64,000 bases of DNA from Dehalococcoidia bacterium. GTDB lineage: Bacteria > Chloroflexota > Dehalococcoidia > Plut-88900. The position numbers were made by a program, and so were the translations under genes. The notes under the pieces are model-generated. The model saw nothing but the letters and a program-made list of their open reading frames with translations, did not search any database and had not been told where the DNA came from. The stretch's first letter is position 1. Every line of letters starts with the position of its first letter. Shown in pieces: positions 19,669 through 29,265 of the stretch. The DNA lies in the NCBI GenBank assembly GCA_965207225.1, contig CBDBLV010000005.1, positions 1,760,001-1,824,000 of the forward strand, given 5' to 3'.

Positions 19669-20856
19669 ATGACTACAAACGGAACGGCATCAACTTTTCA
19701 GAAGACCCGGGCCGAGATTGATCTCGGTGCCCTTGCGCATAATTTTCACTACCTGAAGAGCCGGGTAACCGAGGGCGTAAAAATCATCGCAGTCGTGAAG
19801 GCTGATGCCTACGGCCACGGCGCAGTGACTGTCTCCCGGGCCCTGGAGAGCCTCGGAGTCGACGCCCTTGCCGTCGCCCTGATGGACGAGGCAGTCGCCC
19901 TCAGAAAAGACGGAATCGAAAGCCCGATCATCGTTTTTGGAGGCGCTTTGCCGGGAGAAGAGGCCGCCGCCATCCACTACGACCTTCTGCCTGCAGTCCA
20001 CAGCATCGAGGCTCTGGGAAGACTCTCCCAATCCGCAGCGTCCCTGGGTATGGAGGCCCGATATCACCTGAAGGTGGATACCGGAATGGGCAGGGTGGGA
20101 ATCGATTATCGTCACTTGGGCATGTTCCTGGACCACGCCATGGAGCTCCCCGCGGTGAATCTGAAGGGCGTCTTTACCCACCTGTCCTCCGCCGACGAAG
20201 ATTCCAGTGACTACTCCTCCCTGCAGCTGGAAAGATTCCGGTTCGCCTTGACGGAAATGGAGGAGCGAAACATAGAGGTGGACATGGTCCATGCCGCCAA
20301 CAGCGCGGGCGTGCTCTTCCACCCCGAGTCTTGGTTCGATGCGGTAAGGCCCGGCGTGGCACTCTACGGCATCAACCCGAGCTCCCTGTCCCAGGACCCG
20401 GTGCTCAAGCCGGTCCTCTCCTTCAAGAGCAGCGTCTCGCTGCTGAAGAACGTGCCGGCAGGCACCCCCATCAGCTATCGTAGGACATTCGTAACGGAGA
20501 GAGACAGCATCATCGCCAGTGTCCCCGTCGGTTACGCTGACGGTCTGAGCTTCCTGCTGTCAAACAGGGGCTCGGTGATAGTACGGGACCGGATCGCGCC
20601 CATAGTCGGGCGGATTACCATGGACACGACATTGATTGACGTGACCGACGTTCCGGGTGTGAACTTCGGCGAAGAGGTTATGCTGATGGGGGAAGGGGCC
20701 TCGGTGTGCATCACAGCCGAAGATATCGCCGAGACCATAGGTACAATCCCCTACGAGATTCTCTGCAACATTAGCAAACGCGTCCCGAGGGTAACGGTGG
20801 GTTCACCGCTCACCGCCAGCCTCGACAAACAGGAAGCGGCCATCCCGACGGGATAA
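19669..20856 (+). CDS. alr: Alanine racemase (PLP, fold III)
   Basis: AVVKADAYGHG, HLKVDTGMGR, ANSA, VRPG, ISY, GYADG, GRITMD, TIPYEI. Confidence 0.93.
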   Translation: MTTNGTASTFQKTRAEIDLGALAHNFHYLKSRVTEGVKIIAVVKADAYGHGAVTVSRALESLGVDALAVALMDEAVALRKDGIESPIIVFGGALPGEEAAAIHYDLLPAVHSIEALGRLSQSAASLGMEARYHLKVDTGMGRVGIDYRHLGMFLDHAMELPAVNLKGVFTHLSSADEDSSDYSSLQLERFRFALTEMEERNIEVDMVHAANSAGVLFHPESWFDAVRPGVALYGINPSSLSQDPVLKPVLSFKSSVSLLKNVPAGTPISYRRTFVTERDSIIASVPVGYADGLSFLLSNRGSVIVRDRIAPIVGRITMDTTLIDVTDVPGVNFGEEVMLMGEGASVCITAEDIAETIGTIPYEILCNISKRVPRVTVGSPLTASLDKQEAAIPTG

Positions 20857-20876
20857 CCGAGAAGGGAGAAGGGACT

Positions 20877-22046
20877 ATGAGGTTTGCGACGTTTACCACC
20901 GTGGCCGACGCGGCGGGTGAGGCCACGACAGCGGCGGACCTGCTGGATAACCTCAGAGAGCAGACCATCCTTGCTGAAGAGATGTGCTTCGAAGCCATGT
21001 GGCTGGGAGAACACCACTTTGGCCCCTACGAAGCTGGTGATATCCCCAACCCCATCCTTCTCGGCGCCGACCTTGCGGCCCGGACATCCAGGATTCGCAT
21101 CGGCCAGATGGCCAACATCGCCCCTTGGTGGCACCCGATAAGACTTGCCGAGGATGTAGCCATCCTCGACAACCTGACCCGAGGTAGGGTGGATGTAGGG
21201 TTTGGTCGTGGAATATGGCCCTACGAGGGCCCCCAGTTCCACCCCAATGCCGACCCCCGAAAGGACCAGGAAAACCGCACCCTCTTCCGGGAGGTCATCG
21301 AAGTCGCCAAGGAGATCTGGGCCAACGAATACTTCTCATACAAGGGCGAAAACTTCACCTTCCCCGCCGAAGAGACCCGGTTCAAGCACCCTCTCTACCC
21401 GCCCAACGACGTTTGGCTCGATGGTGACAAGGTTACTAAGCTCCGAGTTACCCCTAGGCCCTATCAGAAGCCCCACCCACCCCTCTGGATGACGGTCTCT
21501 ACTGACAGGTCCGTGACCACAGCTGCCGAACTGGGCCTGAAGGCCTGCTACTGGCAGCCGCCGCCCTTGAGAATAAAGCAGCGAATGGAGCGTTACGCGG
21601 AAGTCAGGTCGGAGAAAGAAGGGCGGCTGTTCGCCTTTGGAGAAGATCAGGCGGTGATGCGCACCACCTACGTGTCCGATTCCATGGAACAGGCCCGACG
21701 CGAAGGCGAGGCCGGCGTCATGTCAGGATTCATATACAATGATCCCTTCCGAGGCCGGGAAGTCTTCGCCGACCCCGATGAGGAGCTGGACCCCGGCACG
21801 AAGATGAGTTGGGACTTTCTCGAACCCCGGTCCCTGCTGGTCGGCTCCCCCGACGACGTGATAGAGAAGATCCACGAGATGCAGGAAGTCTGCAACCTGG
21901 ACTACCTGCTGGTCTCCTATTCCCACTTCGGAATCCCGACCAATAAGGTGCTCAGGAGCCTGGAACTCTTCGCAACCAAAGTCATGCCCTGGTTCGCCAG
22001 GAAGGACGCCCAGAAGGAAGCAAAGGCCCCCGTAGCAGCTTCCTGA
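20877..22046 (+). CDS. LLM-class flavin-dependent monooxygenase (close paralog of 18497-19651)
   Basis: Same motifs; long identical blocks such as WPYEGPQFHPNADPRK and LWMTVSTDRSVTTAA. Confidence 0.93.
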   Translation: MRFATFTTVADAAGEATTAADLLDNLREQTILAEEMCFEAMWLGEHHFGPYEAGDIPNPILLGADLAARTSRIRIGQMANIAPWWHPIRLAEDVAILDNLTRGRVDVGFGRGIWPYEGPQFHPNADPRKDQENRTLFREVIEVAKEIWANEYFSYKGENFTFPAEETRFKHPLYPPNDVWLDGDKVTKLRVTPRPYQKPHPPLWMTVSTDRSVTTAAELGLKACYWQPPPLRIKQRMERYAEVRSEKEGRLFAFGEDQAVMRTTYVSDSMEQARREGEAGVMSGFIYNDPFRGREVFADPDEELDPGTKMSWDFLEPRSLLVGSPDDVIEKIHEMQEVCNLDYLLVSYSHFGIPTNKVLRSLELFATKVMPWFARKDAQKEAKAPVAAS

Positions 22047-22076
22047 ACCCACTCCCGATCCTCCCGGAGCGTAGAA

Positions 22077-22925
22077 ATGACATCACAGCGACAACTCATC
22101 GACTGGCACACCCACGTCTGGCGGTCGGACCACATGACCTCCCAGGCCCGGGCGGACATGAAAAAGCATGGAGTGATCGGCGGCGAGGCCTCTCCTGAGG
22201 AACACAAGAGACTGGTGGTGGACGGTGGCGCCGAGAAGTTCGTGGTGATTAATGCGCCCGTTCGCGCCCACAAGAGGATACCCAACGATTTCATAGCAGA
22301 TTATGTTTCCCAATACCCCGGCAGGGCTGTCGGGTTTGCATCCGTAGACCCGAATGATCCCACCGCCCCGGAAGACTTTGAACGGAGCGTCACGGACCTC
22401 GGTCTCCAGGGCCTGAAGCTCTCACCCGTATACCAGGGTTTCGACCCCTGGAGCCCCGAGGCCTGGCGGCTCTTTCACATTGCCAACAAGTACGATACTC
22501 CGGTCATGTTCCACATGGGCGGCGCCTACGACCCCAATGGGGTGCTCGACTGGGGAAACCCCTTGCGCCTCGACAAGGTCGGGAGGGCGTTCCCGGACCT
22601 GTGCATCATCGTTGCTCATTTCGGACAACCGAACATGCAGGAAACCGTGATGCTGATGCGGAAGAACAAGAACGTATTCGCCGACCTCTCGGCCAGGTTT
22701 CACCGCAAATGGCAGCTCTACAACGGCCTGTTGGTAGCCATCGAATACAAGGTGACCGACCGCATCACCTTTGGCTCCGACTTCCCGGTAATGAGCACCA
22801 TGGACGCCGTCAACGCCTTCAAGAACATCAACAACTGGGGAGAGGGCATCACCCTTCCCAGGATCCCCGAGGACCTGATAGACGACATCATCTACAACCG
22901 TCCCTTCGACCTGCTGCGCTTCTAA
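22077..22925 (+). CDS. Amidohydrolase (Amidohydro_2) family
   Basis: IDWHTH, GLKL, FHMG, AHFG, FGSDFP. Confidence 0.9.
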   Translation: MTSQRQLIDWHTHVWRSDHMTSQARADMKKHGVIGGEASPEEHKRLVVDGGAEKFVVINAPVRAHKRIPNDFIADYVSQYPGRAVGFASVDPNDPTAPEDFERSVTDLGLQGLKLSPVYQGFDPWSPEAWRLFHIANKYDTPVMFHMGGAYDPNGVLDWGNPLRLDKVGRAFPDLCIIVAHFGQPNMQETVMLMRKNKNVFADLSARFHRKWQLYNGLLVAIEYKVTDRITFGSDFPVMSTMDAVNAFKNINNWGEGITLPRIPEDLIDDIIYNRPFDLLRF

Positions 22926-22936
22926 AGGAGCATCCA

Positions 22937-24106
22937 ATGGCTGATAACAACCTGGAACCGAAGGACTGGGCATTTTCGGAAGAAGAGTTCCGGGGCCGCG
23001 TGGCCCGGGCCCAGGAAGCTATGAAGCAGGCCGGTATTGACTGCGCCGTATGCGTCGGCCCCGAGCTGCTTTACTACTACTCAGGCTACGACGCCCATAC
23101 CTTCTTCCAGTTCCAGGCCCTGGTCTTCGGCCCGGATGATGACGAACCCACCCTGGTAATGAGGGACGTGGATTTGGGTCGAGCGGAAGTCACTTCATGG
23201 GTGACTGACCTCAGACTTTACCGGCACGGCGCGGATGACCCGGTAGAGATGGCTGCAAGTGCAGTCAAGGAGCGATTGGGAAGCGGGACCAGGGTTGGCG
23301 CCGACCTCAAGGCCTACGCCTTTACGGGACTGCACGCCATCCGGCTTAAGGAAGCGCTCGCTCCTGCCGTCCTGGAGGACTTCACGCAGGGCCTGGACGG
23401 CGTCCGGCTGTCCAAGTCCGACGCAGAGATGGTCTACGTCCGAAAGGCTGCCGAGATTGCCACCGTGGGATTGGACCGGGCCAGGGCCGTCGCCCGACCC
23501 GGCATCACGGAGATCGCCCTCGCCGGCGAGGTTGAGACCGCTATGCGCCAGGCCGGCACCGAGTACCCGGGGATGCCTACCTGGATTCACTCCGGGACCA
23601 GGCGCATAGGTCACAAGACCCCCGACCGCCGGGTACTGCAGAGCGGCGACCTCATATCCATGGAGTTCGCTGGTGTCTACCGTCGCTATCACGCCGCCAC
23701 CATGCAGACTTTCGCAGTAGGAGAACCGAGTCAGGAAGCCCGGGATGCCTACAACATCGCATTGCGGGCCATTAGGGCCGGATGCAAGAACATCGAGATC
23801 GGTAGAAGAGTCACTGACGCTGAACAGGCCGTCGTGGACTCCCTGGTCTCGGACGGCTTCGACCCCTCGGTGCGTGCCCGGTTCGGCTATGGCGTCGGGA
23901 TCGCTTATCCGCTTACTTGGCTGGAAAGCCTGGACATAACCTTGGAATCAGACCAGGTCTTTGAACGCAACATGACCTTCGTGCTGCATACCAGTTCCAT
24001 CGACCCGGACAGGCACCAGCACATCCTGGTGGGCGGCGCCTACGCAGTCACCGACAATGGCCTTGAGGCCATGAGCGGCGGCGATTTCGAGCTGCAGGTC
24101 GTCTAG
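22937..24106 (+). CDS. M24 peptidase-fold hydrolase, creatinase/ectoine hydrolase DoeA-like
   Basis: FSEEEF..R, EFAGVYRRYH, R.GY..G, MTFVLH (metal-free type); AAGGAG RBS. Confidence 0.8.
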   Translation: MADNNLEPKDWAFSEEEFRGRVARAQEAMKQAGIDCAVCVGPELLYYYSGYDAHTFFQFQALVFGPDDDEPTLVMRDVDLGRAEVTSWVTDLRLYRHGADDPVEMAASAVKERLGSGTRVGADLKAYAFTGLHAIRLKEALAPAVLEDFTQGLDGVRLSKSDAEMVYVRKAAEIATVGLDRARAVARPGITEIALAGEVETAMRQAGTEYPGMPTWIHSGTRRIGHKTPDRRVLQSGDLISMEFAGVYRRYHAATMQTFAVGEPSQEARDAYNIALRAIRAGCKNIEIGRRVTDAEQAVVDSLVSDGFDPSVRARFGYGVGIAYPLTWLESLDITLESDQVFERNMTFVLHTSSIDPDRHQHILVGGAYAVTDNGLEAMSGGDFELQVV

Positions 24107-24388
24107 GCCCTAGTTGCCCTTCCAGCGTTCGATCCCCGTGGCATCGCTGACAGCTTGTATCAGCGACTCTATCTTGTCGTGGTCGGGCGTGGTGTCGGTA
24201 AGCTGATAGACGATCAGAGGCCTGTTGGGTATACGGCACTCCAGTTCCACGCACTGGTCGGCCTGCTGACCGTACCTTCCCACCCGTAGTGAAAGCTGCT
24301 CGAAGGGATGGCTCTTCTTGGAGCCCATTATGAACCACTTCTTGTCGGCAATTGTGACCGTCTGCTTGTTGCGGTCGAAGAAGTAGTC

Positions 24389-26121
24389 CAGCCTGTCTCA
24401 GAAGTTGGGGAGTGGTGAATGGAACCTTGTTAGGTGTACCTTTGAAGCGACATCGACGAAGGAGAGATGGAGATGCCGCTTCGAGATATGGACCGAGAAC
24501 AGATGTGGCTGTTGCCCCCGACTCTTGACGATCTGTTGCCGTTAGACCATCCAGCCCGATTCGTGGCCGAGTTTGTGGACGCACTGGATAGGGAAGGCTG
24601 GGCTGAACTCGGCGTGGAGATAGACGGCGACCCGATGGGAGCGCCGGCCTACCATCCCCGCGCTTTGTTGAGCGTGTGGCTGTACGGTTTCATGACCGGG
24701 GTGCGCTCCTGCCGCAAGTTGGAGGCGGCCTGCCGGGACCAGATACCGTATCTGTGGCTGACCGGCTGGCAGCATCCTGACCACAACACCTTGTGGCGGT
24801 TCTACAAGGAACACAGGCAGTCCATGAGGAAGCTGTTCGAGCGCACTGTGCGCACGGCGGTGACGATGAAGCTGGTGGATCTGGCGGTGCAGGCGGTTGA
24901 CGGAACTAAGGTGGGGGCCAATGCGGCAAGAGATAGGACCTACGATGCGGGGGAGTTGGGTCGGTTATTGAACAGGGTGGAGAAGGCGATCTCCGACCTT
25001 GAAGCTCAGAACGAAGCAGGTGAGGATACCCCCGCATTACATCTGCCGGAAGAATTAGCCAACAAGCAAACGCTGAGGGAGCAGATTCGTCATGCGATGG
25101 ACGAGTTGGCTTCTGAGCGGAATCGCAAGCGCATCAACCTCACCGATCGGGATGCAAAACTCATGAGGACCCGTCAGGGCTTCATGCCCAGCTACAACGC
25201 CCAAGCTATGGTGTCACCGCTGGCACCAGGCGGACAGACGACCGGCATGCTGCTGACCGCCGTAGACGTTGTGGACCAAGTCAATGACGCCCTCCAGTTG
25301 ACCCCGATGATGGAACAGGCAGAGGGTGTTACAGGAACCAGGACTCCGTTGACGTTGGCAGACGCCGGTTATTGTGGAGGCCGGAACCTGGAGGCGAGTC
25401 ACCGTAAAGGTCAGCAAGTGGCAATGCCGGATATGGCCCGACCACTGGACAATCCCTATCACAAGGACCGATTCACCTATGACGAGGGCAACGACAGGTA
25501 CGTCTGTCCTCATGGAAAGATATTGCGCTTCTCCAGCTCGTCCACAAACGCCGGAACGCCGGTCCGGGTATACCGAGCAGCCTCTGCCTCGGCCTGCCGC
25601 AGTTGCCCCGCATTTGGGGTCTGCACCAAGGATTACCCACGGGGACGCAAGCTAGAAATCGGGGCACGCGACCATGTACTGCGCGCTCACAGAGAATGGA
25701 TGTCTACCGAGGCAGCCACGACGGCCTACAAACGGAGGAAGTACCTGGTCGAACCGGTCTTCGGGATCTTTAAGGAACAACTGAGGGCTCGGAGGTTCCT
25801 GTTGCGTGGCCTTGCCAACGTGAAGGCCGAATGGACGGTGCTTGCCATCGCCTTCAACCTCCGCACTATCTGGAAGGCGTGGAGACCCGGAGCCGACCCC
25901 TCCACTCAAGTATCCGCGGCCTAGTGCCTCTCCCCACTCTCTCACAGCAACTGCCGCTACTACACAACTCTCACCCTTCAATCCAGCATTCCCCTATCAC
26001 TTCCCGGCTGGGGTCGTAAAAGCGAACCCTGGTCTAAGCGGCATCTTCATCTCTTCGTAGATGTCGCGTCGGAACAGCTGCCGGGGCGCTATCCGTCACT
26101 TCCCACTTATGGGACAGCCTC
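24389..26121 (+). mobile_element. IS1182-family insertion sequence (1733 bp)
   Basis: Imperfect IRs CAGCCTGTCTCAGAAG / GAGGCTGTCCCATAAG; TAGTC direct repeats at 24384-24388 and 26122-26126. Confidence 0.9.
24467..25924 (+). CDS. IS1182 family DDE transposase
   Basis: PAYHPR, PDHNTL..F, VDGTKV, TDRDA, YNAQ, ADAGY, Cys cluster, VEPVFG..K. Confidence 0.93.
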   Translation: MEMPLRDMDREQMWLLPPTLDDLLPLDHPARFVAEFVDALDREGWAELGVEIDGDPMGAPAYHPRALLSVWLYGFMTGVRSCRKLEAACRDQIPYLWLTGWQHPDHNTLWRFYKEHRQSMRKLFERTVRTAVTMKLVDLAVQAVDGTKVGANAARDRTYDAGELGRLLNRVEKAISDLEAQNEAGEDTPALHLPEELANKQTLREQIRHAMDELASERNRKRINLTDRDAKLMRTRQGFMPSYNAQAMVSPLAPGGQTTGMLLTAVDVVDQVNDALQLTPMMEQAEGVTGTRTPLTLADAGYCGGRNLEASHRKGQQVAMPDMARPLDNPYHKDRFTYDEGNDRYVCPHGKILRFSSSSTNAGTPVRVYRAASASACRSCPAFGVCTKDYPRGRKLEIGARDHVLRAHREWMSTEAATTAYKRRKYLVEPVFGIFKEQLRARRFLLRGLANVKAEWTVLAIAFNLRTIWKAWRPGADPSTQVSAA

Positions 26122-26363
26122 TAGTCACGCCGCGACAGTAATCCGTGAGGAGGAGTGACGGTCAGGGTGTCTCCACTGCCGGAAATCGTACCGATTGGGT
26201 CTACCATATTGAGGGAAGAGGACTCTGCCATGACGGCCTCCATCCAGCTATAGAAGCGATAGGTTAGGATGTCACGGATTCTAAATGCTAGAGGGGATTG
26301 CGGGCAAGGGTGGAGTAGAATAACTCCCGACAACCCGGTACATAGGTTGAAAAAGGGCGTCAA

Positions 26364-26843
26364 ATGACCAATCCCGAGCCTTCGGGAGTAGAAAGAGTCA
26401 GGGCGGCATTGCTGGAAATGGGCCATGGATATGAGCCCGTGGTTCTGCCACAGTCGGCGGGCACCTCCGCTCAGGCCGCCGACGCCCTTGGCTGTGACGT
26501 TGCCCAGATCGCTAAGTCCCTCGTCTTCCGAGGTCGGGAGTCGGGGCGTGGGGTGCTGGTCGTTGCCAGCGGCGCAAACCGCATCGACGAAAAGCGCCTG
26601 GGCCGCACCATCGGCGAAAAAGTCCAAAAACCGGACGCCGACTTTGTAAGAGGGGCCACGGGCTACTCTATTGGAGGCGTGCCGCCCGTCGGCCTCGCCC
26701 AACCGCTCGAGACCATAATCGACGAAGACCTGCTCCAATTCGACGTCGTCTGGGCCGCCGCGGGAAACCCCAGGGCCGTCTTCTCCCTTGACCCGAAGAC
26801 TCTGGCGTCCATGACCGGCGGTCGGGTGACGAGGATTAAATAG
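26364..26843 (+). CDS. YbaK/EbsC (aminoacyl-tRNA trans-editing) family protein
   Basis: QIAKSLVF, TGYSIGGVPPVG, WAAAG. Confidence 0.9.
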   Translation: MTNPEPSGVERVRAALLEMGHGYEPVVLPQSAGTSAQAADALGCDVAQIAKSLVFRGRESGRGVLVVASGANRIDEKRLGRTIGEKVQKPDADFVRGATGYSIGGVPPVGLAQPLETIIDEDLLQFDVVWAAAGNPRAVFSLDPKTLASMTGGRVTRIK

Positions 26844-26859
26844 TGAGTATGGCGAGAAC

Positions 26860-27840
26860 ATGAAAAGGCTGAAGCTCATAGCTACGGGTGGGACCATCGC
26901 CTACAAGTTCGACGAGGCGGTGGGTGCTTCCGTGCCCGCGGTCACTGGCGCAGATCTGATCGAGGCCGTTCCTCAACTCGCCGATCTGGCCGAAATTGAT
27001 GTCCTTCAACTTTCGAATGTGGGCAGCCCCGTCCTGACCCCCGAGGACTTCCTCCGTTACGCCCGTGAATGCGCCCGCGTCGCCGGGTCGGGCGAAGCCG
27101 ACGGCATAGTCCTCACCATGGGCACCGCCACCCTCGCCGAGTGCGCCTACATGCTCCACCTCCTCCTGGATCAGGAAATTCCGGTCGTGGTTACAGGTGC
27201 CATGCGGGTCCACTCCCACCCCAGCCCCGACGGCCCAGGCAACCTCCTCGATTCCGGCATAGCAGCGATCTCTGCCCAAACTCGGGGGTGGGGCGTCCTC
27301 GTCTGCGCCAACGGCGAACTCCACGATCCCCGAGAAGCGGTCAAGAGCAATTCCATAGACCTCGCCGCCTTCAGCTCCCCCGAATTTGGGCCTGTGGGAT
27401 TTGTCAGGAACGGTCGCGCAGAAATGTTCCGACGCCCAACCATCAGGGAGCACATCCCCGTCGATGATATTCGGGCAAGGGTTTCTATAGTCCAGGCGGT
27501 GGAAGGTGACGACGGCAAGCTGGTGGATGCCGCTTCTGAATTCTCCGATGGCATAGTGCTGGTCGGCTTTGCCCCGGGCTGCGTACCTCCGACCATGATG
27601 CCCGCCATTGAACGGGCGGCGTCCAAAGGTGTTGCCATGGTGCTCGTGACCCGGTCTTATAGCGGTTCCCTGGGGGTTGGTGTGTATGAGAGGAGCGACG
27701 GAGGGATAGAGCATCTGATGGCACTTGGAGTCCTGCTTGGTGGAAGCCTTCGGGCCGCCAAGGCCCAGATTAAGCTGATGCTCGCCCTCAGCGCCACCCG
27801 AGACCCGAACCGCCTTCAGGAGTTCTTCCCGAACATTTAG
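26860..27840 (+). CDS. Asparaginase/glutaminase-family protein, divergent active site
   Basis: ATGGTIA, VVVTGAM, DGPGNL; MGTAT in place of HGTDT. Confidence 0.85.
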   Translation: MKRLKLIATGGTIAYKFDEAVGASVPAVTGADLIEAVPQLADLAEIDVLQLSNVGSPVLTPEDFLRYARECARVAGSGEADGIVLTMGTATLAECAYMLHLLLDQEIPVVVTGAMRVHSHPSPDGPGNLLDSGIAAISAQTRGWGVLVCANGELHDPREAVKSNSIDLAAFSSPEFGPVGFVRNGRAEMFRRPTIREHIPVDDIRARVSIVQAVEGDDGKLVDAASEFSDGIVLVGFAPGCVPPTMMPAIERAASKGVAMVLVTRSYSGSLGVGVYERSDGGIEHLMALGVLLGGSLRAAKAQIKLMLALSATRDPNRLQEFFPNI

Positions 27841-27864
27841 ACCCCGTCCCCGAGGAGGCACAAC

Positions 27865-29265
27865 ATGAGCATGGACCTGGTAATCAGAAACGGCAACATC
27901 GTCACTGCCGATGCGAATTACACCGCCGATATCGGGGTGAGGGGTGGGGTAATCGCCCAGATTGGCGGCGCGATGGACGGAGGTAGGGAGATCGACGCCT
28001 CAGGAAAGCTCGTAACCCCTGGAGGCGTCGACGTTCACGTACACTTCGAACCCGATGAAGAGCTCGGCCCCGATTGGCGGGGCATGGTAGACGGCTATTA
28101 CGAGGGCTCCGCAGGAGCCGCTATTGGCGGCATCACCACCTTCGGAAACATGGTCGCACCCCTGGGCGACGAGGGAGAAGGGAACGGGGACGAGGGTCTC
28201 TTGGAAATGCTCAACCGGTCCGAGGCCAGCGCCCTCGCCAACTCCGTCCTTGACTTCACCCTCCACCCTATCATCTACCACCCCACCCCCGAGATCATCG
28301 CCGAAATCCCCAATCTCGCCGAGAACGGCTACTTCAGCATCAAGATTTTCACCCTTTTCCAGTTCGATAGGCGGGTCAAGGACTTCATCAGGGCCATCGA
28401 TGCCGCCCACCAGAACGGCATGGTCACCATGATGCACTGTGAAGACCAGCCCATAAACGGCTACCTCGCCCGACGCCTCATCGGTGAAGGCAAGCCCGGC
28501 ATCAAGTACTACAACAACAGCCGCCCGGACTACGCCGAGGCCATAGCAACGGCCAGGGCCGTGGCCATAGGCCGGGCTACGGGCGCAACTATCTACGTAG
28601 TCCACCTGTCGTCGAAAGCAGCGCTGGACGTCACCCGATGCAACCCTGCCGAGGGACAGCGCGTCTACGTCGAGACCCGCCCCATCTACCTCCACCTCGA
28701 CGAGCGCAGCTATGAAGAGCCCAGCGCCGAAAAGTACACCGGATGGCCCCCTCTACGAGACCCCGCGGACGTGGAAGCCTTGTGGCACGGCATAAACGCT
28801 GGCGACATACAGACGGTCTGCAGCGACCACGCACCCTGGAAGTGGGACCAGAAGCTGAATCCCGACCTGAACGTCAGCAACTTCCTCCCCGGCATGGCCA
28901 ACCTCGAGACCATGCTCCCCATGCTCTACGACGAAGGAGTGCGCACGGGCCGAATAACTGCCAACAAGTGGATAGACCTCGTCGCAACCACCCCCGCCCG
29001 ACTGTTCGGGATGTTCCCGCAGAAAGGGACCATAGCCGTGGGTTCGGACGCCGACATCGCAGTCTGGGACCCCGATCGCACCCGCACCATTCGCGGTGAG
29101 GAGATGGCTTCCAACGCCGGCTTCGACATCTACGAAGGCCGCGAGATCAAGGGCTGGCCCGAATACACCATCTCCCGCGGCGAAGTGATAGTCGAAGACG
29201 GCGAACTGGTCGGGGCCCGGGGCAGGGGTGAAAGAGTGATGCGCAACCCGCATCAGCCTTTATGA
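27865..29265 (+). CDS. Dihydropyrimidinase/hydantoinase family
   Basis: PGGVDVHVH, carbamylated Lys (SIKIF), HCED, VHLSS, SDH, KGTIAVGSDAD. Confidence 0.9.
   Translation: MSMDLVIRNGNIVTADANYTADIGVRGGVIAQIGGAMDGGREIDASGKLVTPGGVDVHVHFEPDEELGPDWRGMVDGYYEGSAGAAIGGITTFGNMVAPLGDEGEGNGDEGLLEMLNRSEASALANSVLDFTLHPIIYHPTPEIIAEIPNLAENGYFSIKIFTLFQFDRRVKDFIRAIDAAHQNGMVTMMHCEDQPINGYLARRLIGEGKPGIKYYNNSRPDYAEAIATARAVAIGRATGATIYVVHLSSKAALDVTRCNPAEGQRVYVETRPIYLHLDERSYEEPSAEKYTGWPPLRDPADVEALWHGINAGDIQTVCSDHAPWKWDQKLNPDLNVSNFLPGMANLETMLPMLYDEGVRTGRITANKWIDLVATTPARLFGMFPQKGTIAVGSDADIAVWDPDRTRTIRGEEMASNAGFDIYEGREIKGWPEYTISRGEVIVEDGELVGARGRGERVMRNPHQPL

Larger units (their letters stand above)
24110..26231 (-). 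pseudogene. 127-aa hypothetical gene interrupted by IS1182
   Basis: Removing 24389-26121 plus one TAGTC restores an in-frame ORF (…LSRRD|YFFDRNK…) with GGAGG RBS. Confidence 0.85.

Noticed and set aside
22601-22936. Long N-terminal extensions in the ORF track (also 16003-16137, 10768-10893, 9406-9510, 46300-46617, 60580-60771)
   Set aside because: They overlap neighbouring genes or intergenic DNA; better downstream starts exist, most with a clear RBS
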